A stretch of DNA of 62,992 bases, counting the filler, from Octopus bimaculoides (taxonomy: Eukaryota), in the NCBI RefSeq assembly GCF_001194135.2. It is 5 parts of 5 records of this genome, joined end to end, with 100 filler letters (N's around TTAATTAATTAA, not from the genome) between each part and the next. Parts side by side here need not be neighbours in the genome. Positions count along the whole stretch, not along the records: positions 38,735 to 48,964 come from NC_068987.1; positions 49,065 to 53,820 come from NC_068993.1; 3 more parts are not named here. One strand, written 5' to 3'. The notes beneath the pieces are model-generated. The model did not search any database, was not told the origin of the DNA, and saw only the letters and a list, made by a program, of their open reading frames with translations. This document shows, piece after piece, positions 39,351-49,875 of the stretch; the first letter of the stretch is position 1, and every line of letters begins with the position of its first letter. The translations under genes and the position numbers were made by a program.

Positions 39351-40020
39351 TGACTATCTCTTTATAGATGAAGTTCAGTTGCAATGAGAGGAGTTGAATC
39401 TCATAAGAATGGAAAAACAAACAACAACAAATGGGTTGTACCTTATAATGCAACTCTTTTAAGAGCATTCAAATGCCACTGCAATGTTGAAATCATTGCC
39501 TCAGTGAGGTAAATTAAATACGTCATCAAGTACATGCTGAAAGGAAATGGCCAAGCTGCTGTTCAAATAAACAATGATAATGAAATTAGTTCATATCTAA
39601 TGGGTAGGTATATTGGACCATCTGAAACAGTTTGCATCCATTTTAGGATCTTCAATTCATGAAAGAACACCTGCAATAGTAAGATTGCAAGGTCATCTAT
39701 CTGATGAACAAAGAATATTGCTAAGAAATAATGAGGTTTAGATATGGCTGTCAATGAATGACATATAAGAACAACATCGACAGAATTCTTTTCATTGTGC
39801 ATCAATGATGACTTTGCAAAAACATTATTTTATGCTGAAGTACCCATGTATTTCAACTTGAACAGTAGTAACAAAGAAAGGCAAAGAAGAAAGCGAGAAA
39901 AAATAATTGAAGGCCATTTGAACGTTTTCAAAGAAGAAACACTTGGCTGTGTTTGTGTTGTCACACCGAAGGCAGAAGAACTGTATTATTTAAGAATTTT
40001 ATTGCATGAAGTTCATAATA
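39345..40020 (+). pseudogene. Helitron Rep (HUH region, C-terminal part) pseudogenic fragment
   Basis: NKWVVPYNATLLRAFKCHCNVEIIASVR*IKYVIKYMLKG...NEISSYLMGRYIGPSE...HERTPAIVRLQGHL...FAKTLFYAEVPMYF...ETLGCVCVVTPKAEELYYLRILLHEV follows the Helitron WVVPYN / HxNVE / KYxxKYxxKG / RYxxxxEA / GRxYxVxP..E.YYLRxLL series; in-frame stop at 39510 plus frameshifts. Confidence 0.9.
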
Positions 40021-41388
40021 GTATTTTTCCTTTCCTGCCATGCATCGACATTTTCAACTTGGTGTGGTTGTGACCCAACGGATCATGGCAAATATGTCTA
40101 GTATATCATATGTATGTAAATACCTAGGTGTAGGCATGGTGTGTTGTTGAGAAATTAACTTCATAACCACATGGTTTTGGTTTCAGTTCCACTGCATAGC
40201 ACCTTTGGGCAAGCATCCACTACTGTAGCCCTAGGCCAACTGAAGCCTTGTGAGCAAATTTGGAAGACAGAAACTGAAAAAAGCCCGTTGTATGTGTTAG
40301 TGTATGTATATTTGTCTCCTGTCATGACAGTGCATGCTAGTTGTAAATGCGTGTCACTATCATAGAGGTAGTATCATTCGTTTCTAATATTCTGCGAAAA
40401 ACATGTCTGGAGGCATGGCTGTGTAGTAAGAAGCTTGCTTCTCAATCAGATGATGTAAGGTTCAGTCCCACTACATGGCACCTTGGGCTAGTGTCTTCTA
40501 TTATGCCCTTGGACATAATAGAAGAAGACACTAAGTAGATTTGGTAAACAGAAATTGAAGAAGTCCATTGGATGTGTGTGTGTGTGTCTTTGTGTCTATG
40601 TTTGTCGCCACCACCACTACTGACAACCATTGCTGGTATGTTTACATTCCCATAACTTAACAGTTTGTTAAATGAGACTGATAGAATATGTACCAGGCTT
40701 TAAAAAAATTAAGTATTGGGGCTGATACATTCACCTAAAAAAAATTTCTTCCAAGATGGCCACAGTCTAATGACTGAAACAAGTAAAAGATAAAAAATAT
40801 GAGGAAATTTTACTTTGCATGTAAACAGGTGAATGTTGGTGACAGGGAGAGCATTTGGTCATAGAAAATCTGCCTCAATTAATTTTGTCTGATCCATGCA
40901 AGCATTAAAAGTGAACATGAAAATGATGATTATGGTGATGATGAACTCACTATTATTAAAGCTGCCATTTGTCCCACAATTCTCAGCTTTTTATTTATTT
41001 ATTGCTTCTGTAGCTTGTCTTGCAAAATGTTATTGATTTAGATGAACACACATGCATAAACACAGACACACACATATCTATGTATGTGGATACTCATCTA
41101 TTTGCATGCATTTTGTTACATCTAACCAATGCATTCATATATACATAAATGCAAAAAAAATGGGACAGAATAAAAAAGAATTCACTCACAACATAATTCA
41201 ATTCTCCAGAGAAAATTTTGTATATATGTCTGAAGTATATTGAATTTATTATTTCAGTCTTTCAGTAATAATTGAAATCCTGTCTAAAGTATGTTGAAAT
41301 AATTTTTCTTTTTCATTTCTGTCCATCAGTCTTATTGAAATTCATGTCCTCATTTATTTATGTTTTTGGGGGATTCCTTTTCTTTCAG

Positions 41389-41555
41389 TGAATGAAGATA
41401 TTTGTATAGTGGAACGTCTGTTCTCCAGCAGCTTAGTTGCCATTGTCAGCTTACAGTCTCCACGGAAACTGAAAGTATGTCACTTCAAAAAAAGTGCAGA
41501 AATTTGCAATTACAGTTATTCCAGCTCTATTTTGGCAGTTTGCCTAAACCGGCAT
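41389..41555 (+). CDS. WIPI2: WIPI2/Atg18 internal exon: [55 protein letters not shown]
   Basis: TTTTCTTTCAG acceptor, GTAAGT donor; near-identical to WIPI2 [54 protein letters not shown]. Confidence 0.96.
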
Positions 41556-44364
41556 GTAAGTATTGCATTAGTCGCTTGTTGATTTCCACGTTCCTGATGA
41601 AAGGCTGTTGATTTATTTATTGAGATTGGCATTCTGCACCTAGTCATACTTGCGTAGATATGCTGCATGGTTAACAAGTTCATTTTCCTTCCAACCCTAA
41701 ACCACCGTGTGGCTCTTTGGGCAAGTGTCTTCTACTGTAGTTCTGATCAAACTAAAGCCATATGAGTGAATTTGGTGAACAGAGATTGAAAGAAGCCCAT
41801 TTCATGGTTAAAAAGTTTGTTTCCTAACTACAGGATTTGGGGTTCAGTCTCTCTGTGTAGTACCTCAGGCAAATGCCTTCTGTAAAACTGAGCTGACCAA
41901 ACAAAGCTTTGAAAGTGAATTTGGTAGATGGAATTTGAGAGAAACTTATTGTGTAAATATATCTATACACATACATGTTTTTGTGTGTGTGTGTTTGTGC
42001 TTGTGCTTCTTTAGTTTAACATTGTGTGAAAGCTGGAAACAAGAGTCACCAACATACAAGTGGTGTCATTTGTTTCCCATCTTATGTGAAAATATGTCTG
42101 ACCATGGGAAAATATTTCTTTGCTTGGAAACAAGTGCAGGTTGGTAACAGGAAGTGCGTCTGGCCACAGAAAATCTACCTCAACAGATTCCATTTGACCC
42201 ATGCAAGCATGGAAAATTGGTCATGAAAACAATAACGATATGCGTGCGTGTGTTTGTTTACATTTGCTCTCTGTGAAAGTTGTAAGCAGTGTTGTTACCA
42301 CTTCTCTTCCTTCACACCTTCAAAGATATATGAAATAAAAGATCCTTTACTTGAAAAACTGATAAGGGTCAAATCAATAACAGGAAGAGCATCCAGCTAT
42401 AAAACAATGCCTTAGTAATATATTAATCCAACCCATGCAAGCATAGAAAAATAGGTGTAAAAACAGTTGATAAAAATATAACAGTTGTTCAGTTGTGAAA
42501 TATTATTATTAAGGGCACTGGAATGGTAGAATCAGCAGAATGTCAGACAAAATACCTTGTGATAATATTTAGCCACATCTCTTTTTACATTCTAACTTCA
42601 AATCCTGTTGAGACTGAGTTTACATTTATCCCTCCTGGGATTAAAATAAATATCAGTGAAGTATTGTGGGCAGCTTGGGGAGGGGATTAAGTTGATTACA
42701 TTGAACCCAGTGCATGACTGGTACTTATTTAATCGATTCCGAAAGGATGACAGGCAAAGTCGATCTAGGCAGAATTTGAACTCAGAACGTAATGGCAGAC
42801 AAAATACCACTAAGCATTTTGCCCGGCATGCTAACGTTCCTGCCAGCTAACCGCCTTAGGGTTCGATATAATTGACTGTTCCCTCCACCAAATATTTCAG
42901 TCCTGTGCCAGCGTTAGAAGTTATTATTAATATTAAGGCACTAAGTTGGTAGAATCGTTAATGCATCAAGCAAAAATGCTTAGAAGCATTTCTTCTGGCT
43001 CTTTATGTTCTGAGTTCAATTCCCATGGAGGCCAACTTTACCTTTCATTCTTTTGGGGTTGATAAAATAAAGTACCAGTCAAGTACTGGGATCAATGCAA
43101 TCAACTAACTCCCTCTCGCTAAAATTGCTGGTTGTGTGCCAAAATTTCTAACCATTATTATTATCATTGTTATTTGCAGCGTCTTGCTTGAATCAAACTT
43201 GAACATATGAACAGAATAGATGGATGGCCCAGTGGGTTGGAAATCTAAGGTTGTGTGTGTGTGTGTGTGTGTGTGCACGTGTAATAGAGAGAATAAGCAA
43301 TGCATATAGTTTTATATGCATCATGTCACCTAGATGTCAAGAATATAAGGTATAGAAGGAAATGTTGCTGGCAATAGATCCATGTTCTAGAAGAGATATG
43401 TTTCATTTGCTTTGTGGCTTCAAGCTAGAATTAAGCACTAGTCTTTATGCTCTATTTATGGGCTGTTGAAGGCATTTCCCTTACATTATATGAATCAAAG
43501 GTTGTTTTTGGTATATGTAACTGATCAGATGTAGCTTTCATTGGCAATTTTAGTTTCCTGTCTTTTTTGTTTTCAGTGATAATGTAATTATGATGAGACA
43601 TAGAGCTGATAAAATTGTAGAACTGTTAGTATATATATGATAGGTGTACTAGTATAATATCATTGGCATGGCTGTATGGTTGTTTGCTTCCCACCCATAT
43701 AATCTTGGGTTTAGTCCCATATGGCACCTGGTGCAAATGTCTTCTACTATAGTCCTGAGCCAACTAAAGCTTTGTGAGTAGACTTGGTAGACAGAAATTG
43801 AAATACTTCTGTCATGTGTGTTTGTGCTCACATTTGTCTTGATATCACATGATGGTTATAAATGACCATCGCTTTCCTATAAACAATGTCTTTGTTTCTA
43901 GTCTTCTGTAAAAATTATGTGGAGAACATTACCTTGTTTGGAAACAGGTGAGGGTTGACAACAAGCAGGCTATTCTTCCATAGAAAATCTGTCTCAACAA
44001 ATTTCAAGCAATTCATGCAAGCATGGAAAAGTGGACATTAAATTATATTAATGTTTAATTAGTACTTCGTAAATGTTTAACGTATGCTTTGTATAGGAAG
44101 TTACTTGGATGTAGGCCTCTTCTACATGGAAAGAGTATAATAAATAAATTGGAATTAACAAATGAACCAAAGTATAAGCTCTATGAGGTAGCTTACAGAA
44201 GTATCTTAATTGTAGCAAAGACTCTTAATAACCATGCTGGGAAAGATGTGGATGTTGAGCATCTCCATACACAACTGTTGCACATAGAAGTGAAATTTAT
44301 TATTAATAATAATAATAATAATAAATTTATTTATTATTCTGTATTTTCTTTTCAAATATTTCAG

Positions 44365-44559
44365 CGCTTGATAGTATGCTTGGAAGAAAGTCTGTACATT
44401 CACAACATTCGCGATATGAAAGTATTGCATACAATCCGAGATACACCACCCAATCCACAGGGCCTCTGTGTCTTCTCTTCCAGTAATGATAACTGCTTCC
44501 TTGCATACCCAGGCAGTAACCAGATTGGAGAGGTGCAGATCTTTGACACAATGACCTTG
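44365..44559 (+). CDS. WIPI2: WIPI2/Atg18 internal exon: [65 protein letters not shown]
   Basis: TTTCAG acceptor, GTAAGG donor, 195 nt phase 0-0; in frame with its neighbours. Confidence 0.97.
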
Positions 44560-45260
44560 GTAAGGAAAAAATTAAAATTATTTCCAACTTATATATGCCT
44601 ATCTTTAGAAACTAAACTTTATGTTTAGAGTAGTTTAACCCTTTTGTTACCATAATTTCATTGAAATCTACTGCTTCTATTTCATTTAATTTGAATTTAA
44701 ATTGATGAAGCAATTTGTAAAATAAGTTCTTCATCATCAAGCTGAAGTTTTGGACAAATTGATGTAAGGTTTAAATGGCTTAAACAGAAAATTTTATCAT
44801 AAAACCAGGAGCGGTCTCAGGTAGTTTGGTTTCAAAAGGATTAATGCTAGCTCACTGTAGTTGAACCTCAGCTGTGGTGTACAGTTGTAGAGGGGACAGG
44901 ATTCAAGTATTCAGAATTAGCATAAAGCCTCTTTTCGCTTGTGCCAGTATCACAAAACAAAAAGTATCCAGTAATAATTGTAAAGCAGTTGGCATTAAAA
45001 AGGGTATCCAACATTAGATGTCATGCTAATGCAGGCATTGGACCATGATGTAGTCCTTGAGCCAATCAGATATTGTCAAACTGTCCAACCCATACCAGCT
45101 TGGAACATGGACATTAGATGATGATGATGAATGTCCATTTCACACTAAGGTGTGAAAGACTGTTATGAAAGGCAATAACAATGCATATAAATATTTAGCA
45201 AAAAACAAAATATCTATATAATACTGATGAATGTCAATAACAGTATGCTAAATCCTTTAA

Positions 45261-45481
45261 CTCCTTAGCATTTAATTTGGTCATATCCAGTCCAAATACT
45301 CTACCTGTTTTAATGTTAAAATTGACCAGATCCAACCTATCATACCTACCCTATAATGTCATTCTAAAAATATGCAAACACAGCACTGCCATTTTGAAGC
45401 TACAAGATAATGCATGATTAATTGAAAACAATTTGAATAAATAAACAATAAATTTGACAAAGAAATCTGAATACTAAAGGG
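45261..45481. mobile_element. piggyBac-type MITE with TTAA target-site duplication
   Basis: TTAA|CTCCTTAGCATT...AATACTAAAGGG|TTAA; a second, truncated and inverted copy lies at 48154-48278. Confidence 0.75.
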
Positions 45482-45615
45482 TTAATTAATTTAGGTGTAT
45501 AATTAGTTTAGAATTTTATCAGGCATACAATAATAAAATTTTTTGTAGATTTGTTACTGTTTAACTCACTTTTCTTTAAAGATGGCCTGCTTATTTTTTT
45601 AATTATTTTTTTCAG

Positions 45616-45708
45616 CGTGCTTTAACAATGATCCCAGCACATGATAATCCCTTGGCAGCTTTAGTATTTAATCCACAAGGGACAAAACTGGCTACTGCTT
45701 CTGAGAAG
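45616..45708 (+). CDS. WIPI2: WIPI2/Atg18 internal exon: [31 protein letters not shown]
   Basis: TTTTTTTCAG acceptor, AG|GTTTGT donor, 93 nt; PROPPIN AHD...ATASEK motif. Confidence 0.96.
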
Positions 45709-45859
45709 GTTTGTTAAACTCATTTAACTCTTAAAGTCCTGTGGTGCTTTCTTTATATAAATCTCCTGATCCTGTTATATGAAACAGAGAGTTTGATGAA
45801 ATGCAGTTGTCCTAGTATAAAAATATAAACTAATGCATGAATCTTGGATGAGAGTAATG

Positions 45860-46483
45860 GGTGCTTTTTACATGCTGTCAGCATGTGTTCCATTTACATG
45901 ACACTGCCAACAGCCACAACTATGATTTTACTGAGTCTTCTCAAGCACAGCATGTCGTCAAAGGTCTGTCATTTGTCATCACCTCCATTAGGTCCAACAT
46001 TCGAATATCGTGCTTCACCACCTCATTCCATGTCTTCCTGGGTCTACCTCTTCCACTGGATCCCTCCACAGTTAGAGATCAGCACTTCTTTACATAGCTG
46101 TCCTCGTCTATATGCATCACATGACCATACCAGCACATTCGTCTCTCTTGTACCTCATGTCTGATGTCTCATATGCCCAGTTTTTCTCTCAGGACATTTA
46201 CACTCTGTCGTACATGCACACTGACATTGCACATCCAGTGAAGCATACTAGCTTCATTTCTTTCTAGCCTTATGTCCTCTGTGATTACAGCCCATGTTTC
46301 AACGCCATGGTGCATAGCTGTTCATACACAGGCATCATACAGTCTGCCTTTCATTCTGACGTAGAGGTCCTTTGTTATCAACAGAGGTAGAAGCTCTCTG
46401 AACTTTGCCCAGCCTATTCTTATTCTGGCAGCTCTCAGCATCTACCTCCACTGCTGACCTGGTCACCTAGATAACAGAAACTT
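45860..46483 (-). mobile_element. RTE-clade LINE 3' fragment in a WIPI2 intron (antisense)
   Basis: Minus strand FCYLGDQV...RIRIGWAKFRELLPLL...KGRLYDACV*TAM..G.ETWA...RLERNEASML.WMCNV...WYGHVMHIDED..VKKC*..VEG..GRGRPRKTWNEVV; several stops. Confidence 0.9.
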
Positions 46484-46669
46484 GTATGTATGTATGTATG
46501 TATGTATGTATGTATGCATGCATATGTATTATATTATATTGATAAGTGTCAATGCACAAAACTTTTGATCCTTGAGTAATTCTGTAAGTTCTATTTATTA
46601 ATAATGAGAAATACTCATGCTTTGAGTCCTAAATATATATATACATATTTCTTTACTTCTTTCCATTAG

Positions 46670-46740
46670 GGTACTGTTATTCGTGTATTTTCTGTTCCTG
46701 ATGGTCAAAAATTATTTGAATTCCGGAGAGGAGTTAAACG
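46670..46740 (+). CDS. WIPI2: WIPI2/Atg18 internal exon with the phosphoinositide-binding FRRG motif: GTVIRVFSVPDGQKLFEFRRGVK(R)
   Basis: TTCTTTCCATTAG acceptor, CG|GTAAGC donor, 71 nt phase 0-2. Confidence 0.97.
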
Positions 46741-48153
46741 GTAAGCAATATCAGATTTTCATATTGTAATGTCTTGAAGCTCCCATCTCAGTATTTAACA
46801 ATTAATTAACTCTAAGCTAGTAAGTACATATTTTGTTAGCATTTTACTACTTACCTAGTAGTACAAAACTGTAAGACTTTTGAAAGTAATTATTATTTAA
46901 ACTCTATTATTTCTCAAACCTTTTGTGAGACTACATTTCTAATGAGTAGTTTACTTGTGCTTCAATTAATTTTTACTCTAATCAAGATTTTTAAGAAGTT
47001 TTAGGAAAATATTTTTTGTTTATATATTAGTGTTTAATATGTATCATGTTGACCNNNNNNNNNNNNNNNNNNNNNNNNNNNNNNNNNNNNNNNNNNNNNN
47101 NNNNNNNNNNNNNNNNNNNNNNNNNNNNNNNNNNNNNNNNNNNNNNNNNNNNNNNNNNNNNNNNNNNNNNNNNNNNNNNNNNNNNNNNNNNNNNNNNNNN
47201 NNNNNNNNNNNNNNNNNNNNNNNNNNNNNNNNNNNNNNNNNNNNNNNNNNNNNNNNNNNNNNNNNNNNNNNNNNNNNNNNNNNNNNNNNNNNNNNNNNNN
47301 NNNNNNNNNNNNNNNNNNNNNNNNNNNNNNNNNNNNNNNNNNNNNNNNNNNNNNNNNNNNNNNNNNNNNNNNNNNNNNNNNNNNNNNNNNNNNNNNNNNN
47401 NNNNNNNNNNNNNNNNNNNNNNNNNNNNNNNNNNNNNNNNNNNNNNNNNNNNNNNNNNNNNNNNNNNNNNNNNNNNNNNNNNNNNNNNNNNNNNNNNNNN
47501 NNNNNNNNNNNNNNNNNNNNNNNNNNNNNNNNNNNNNNNNNNNNNNNNNNNNNNNNNNNNNNNNNNNNNNNNNNNNNNNNNNNNNNNNNNNNNNNNNNNN
47601 NNNNNNNNNNNNNNNNNNNNNNNNNNNNNNNNNNNNNNNNNNNNNNNNNNNNNNNNNNNNNNNNNNATCTGTGTGTGCATGTCCCACCACCACTTGACAA
47701 CCAGTGTTGGGATATTTATGTCCCTGTAACTTAGCAGTTCAGGGCAAAAAGAGACCAATAGAAGTACCAGGCTTATAAAAAAAAAAAGTAGTGGGGTCAA
47801 TTAGTTTGACCAAAATTCCTTAAGGCAGTGCACCAGCATGGTCACAGTGTCTAATGACTGAAACAAGATAGAAGAAAGACAGTGATGAGATGCCTGGGTG
47901 GACCCTCAAGTTACTAGGTCATGAGAAGTGAGTGGGACAGAGAAACCAAGAGAGTGGGTAGGTGTTTGAGGGAGTGAGAGGTGGAGAATTTGTGAGAAGA
48001 ATGGTGATAAATGATAGCTGTTGTGAATGATGGATAAAGAGGGGTGAATGACCAATGATATGTGGTTGGGTAGGTTCCAGGAGGGACAGAAGAGAGGGGC
48101 AGGTATAGTGATATATACATAATAGTTAACCCTAATAGTTAAGCTAGCATCAA

Positions 48154-48278
48154 CCCTTTAGAATTCAAATTACTCTGTCAAATGTAATGCCTACTTATTC
48201 ACATTCTCTAAAATTAATCATGCATCATCTTGTAGCTTTGAGATTTTCATGATGTTATTGCTTAGTTTTAGAAGGACA
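48154..48278. mobile_element. Truncated inverted copy of the piggyBac-type MITE
   Basis: CCCTTTAGAATTCAAATTACTCTGTCAAAT...AATTAATCATGCATCATCTTGTAGCTT matches the reverse complement of ~45350-45481. Confidence 0.65.
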
Positions 48279-48344
48279 CACATTCTGTGTCCAATTAATT
48301 TTTGTGAGGGATGGTCATTGCTCCTATCTCTAGCCTTACGTGAT

Positions 48345-48391
48345 ACACACTGACTCAAGTTTCTGAGTGGTTACCTGTCCTCAGCGTATGT
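48345..48391 (-). ncRNA. Decayed minimal type I hammerhead motif (arm A)
   Basis: Minus strand ACATACG-CTGAGGA-CAGGT AACC ACTCA-GAAA-CTTGAG-TC-AGTGTGT; core intact, stem II damaged. Confidence 0.55.
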
Positions 48392-48624
48392 TAATCATCA
48401 GCTAGTAATGGAAGCTCATTCCACTTGCAAATTACTGTATATTTTTCTCACCGTCACTGATCTTGAAGAAGAGACAGAGAGAATGTTATATCAAATCTCT
48501 GAGCAAGATATAAACAGTGGCAGTACAGAACTGTTACATGTATTTGTGTATTTGCCAACTAAGCGTGGCATCCTATACAGGTAATTTGCGAGTGGAATGA
48601 GCTTCCATCACTAGCTGGTGATTA

Positions 48625-48671
48625 ACACATTCTGAGGATGGGTACCCACCCAGAAACTTGAGTCCATGTAT
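48625..48671 (+). ncRNA. Minimal type I hammerhead ribozyme motif (arm A')
   Basis: ACACATT-CTGAGGA-TGGGT ACCC ACCCA-GAAA-CTTGAG-TC-CATGTAT: complete core, perfect 5-bp stem II, stem III one transition from the palindrome ACTCGAGT, GUC triplet 48662-64; stem I has 2 mismatches. Confidence 0.7.
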
Positions 48672-48893
48672 ATCATGTAAGGCTAGAGTTGGGAGCGATG
48701 ACCTACCCTCGCAAATATTAATCGGACACAGAATGTGTGTCATTAGCCAGATGGAGGAGATGTCTTCCTAGGGCTATAAACATCAGTAGCCCTGTCCTGT
48801 ATAGGGCACCACACTTAGTTGGCAAATATGTTACGGTTCTGTACTGCTACTGTTTATATCTTGCTCAGAGATTTAATATAACATTGTCTCTCT

Positions 48894-48926
<33 letters not shown>

Positions 48927-48927
48927 G

Positions 48928-48964
<37 letters not shown>

Positions 48965-49008
48965 NNNNNNNNNNNNNNNNNNNNNNNNNNNNNNNNNNNN
49001 NNNNNNNN

Positions 49009-49020
49009 TTAATTAATTAA
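49009..49020. other. Artificial scaffold linker TTAATTAATTAA
   Basis: N44-linker-N44 (48965-49064). Confidence 0.95.
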
Positions 49021-49064
49021 NNNNNNNNNNNNNNNNNNNNNNNNNNNNNNNNNNNNNNNNNNNN

Positions 49065-49175
49065 GAAGAAGAAGAAGAAGAAGAAGAAGAAGAAGAAGAA
49101 GAAGAAGAAGAAGAAGAAGAAGAAGAAGAAGAAGAAGAAGAAGAAGAAGAAGAAGAAGAAGAAGAAGAAGAAGAA
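49065..49175. repeat. (GAA)n microsatellite
   Basis: Directly visible. Confidence 0.97.
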
Positions 49176-49875
49176 GCAATTGTATGCGCAGCACAAGAAC
49201 AAGCTTTAAGGAGAATAGAAAGCACTATGGAGAGCGACAAATGCAGAATGCGTGATGAGAGGAGTGAAACAGTATGGCACATCGTTAGCGGATGCCCGAA
49301 ATTGGCAACGTGATTGCAAAAGACGATATGGCAATGTGACAAGAATGATCCATTGGGAACACTGTGGAAATCACGGCCTACAAAGAGCAAACACGTGATA
49401 TGAGAAAACTCCAGAAGGGATGCAATAACCCATTGCGATCACCTGACCAGACATCGGAAAGCGGACATTGTTGTGGTGAGCAAAAAGAAAAAAAACATGC
49501 ATGATAATCGACATAGCATGTTTCGGTGACAACAGCATCAAACAGAAAGAAGAAAAACTGAACAACTACGACGATTTGAAGAGGGAAATACGAAGGTTGT
49601 GATCAATGAGGGAAGTACACGTGATACCAATAGTATCTGGACTTGGAAGTATCAGCACTCAGTTACCAACATGGCTCAAAAAGATCGGTACAAATGTAAA
49701 GACAGAACACCTACAAAAACCAGCATTGCTTGGAACTGCAAGAATTCTTCGCAGGGTTTTTGAAACATGACCAGTAAACAAGTGTGACCTTAGTCTGCTA
49801 GCAGTGGACAGCTGACACTTTCCATCATGCCCTGAAAAATAAGCTGAGAGTTTTCATCAAATGATAATGATAATA
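49173..49875 (+). mobile_element. 5'-truncated R4/Dong-clade LINE: CCHC knuckle + restriction-like endonuclease, degraded
   Basis: EAIVCAAQEQAL...DKCRM..ERSETVWHIVSGCPKLA...RHRKADIVVV.K...CMIIDIAC.GD...EKL..YDDLKREI.RL...VIPIVSGLG...HLQKPALLGTARILRRVFET* (stop at 49768-70); frameshifts and stops. Confidence 0.9.

Larger units (their letters stand above)
38980..40101 (+). mobile_element. Non-autonomous, internally deleted Helitron with both termini
   Basis: A|TCTATATACTAAAA 5' end at 38980; imperfect hairpin GTGACC-CAAC-GGATCAT (40070-86), then CTAG|T at 40098-40102; Rep-domain fragment inside. Confidence 0.8.
48275..48897. mobile_element. Nested inverted-repeat element (A-B-A'-B'), probably Penelope-like pseudo-LTR derived
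   Basis: A 48275-48441 vs A' 48574-48741 (~165 bp); B 48466-48581 vs B' 48796-48897 (~105-115 bp); each A arm carries a hammerhead motif. Confidence 0.7.

Noticed and set aside
44089-44364. N-terminal extension of the 179-aa ORF as part of WIPI2
   Set aside because: It lies upstream of the TTTCAG acceptor at 44364, includes an (AAT)n run and has no WIPI similarity; it is intron read-through.
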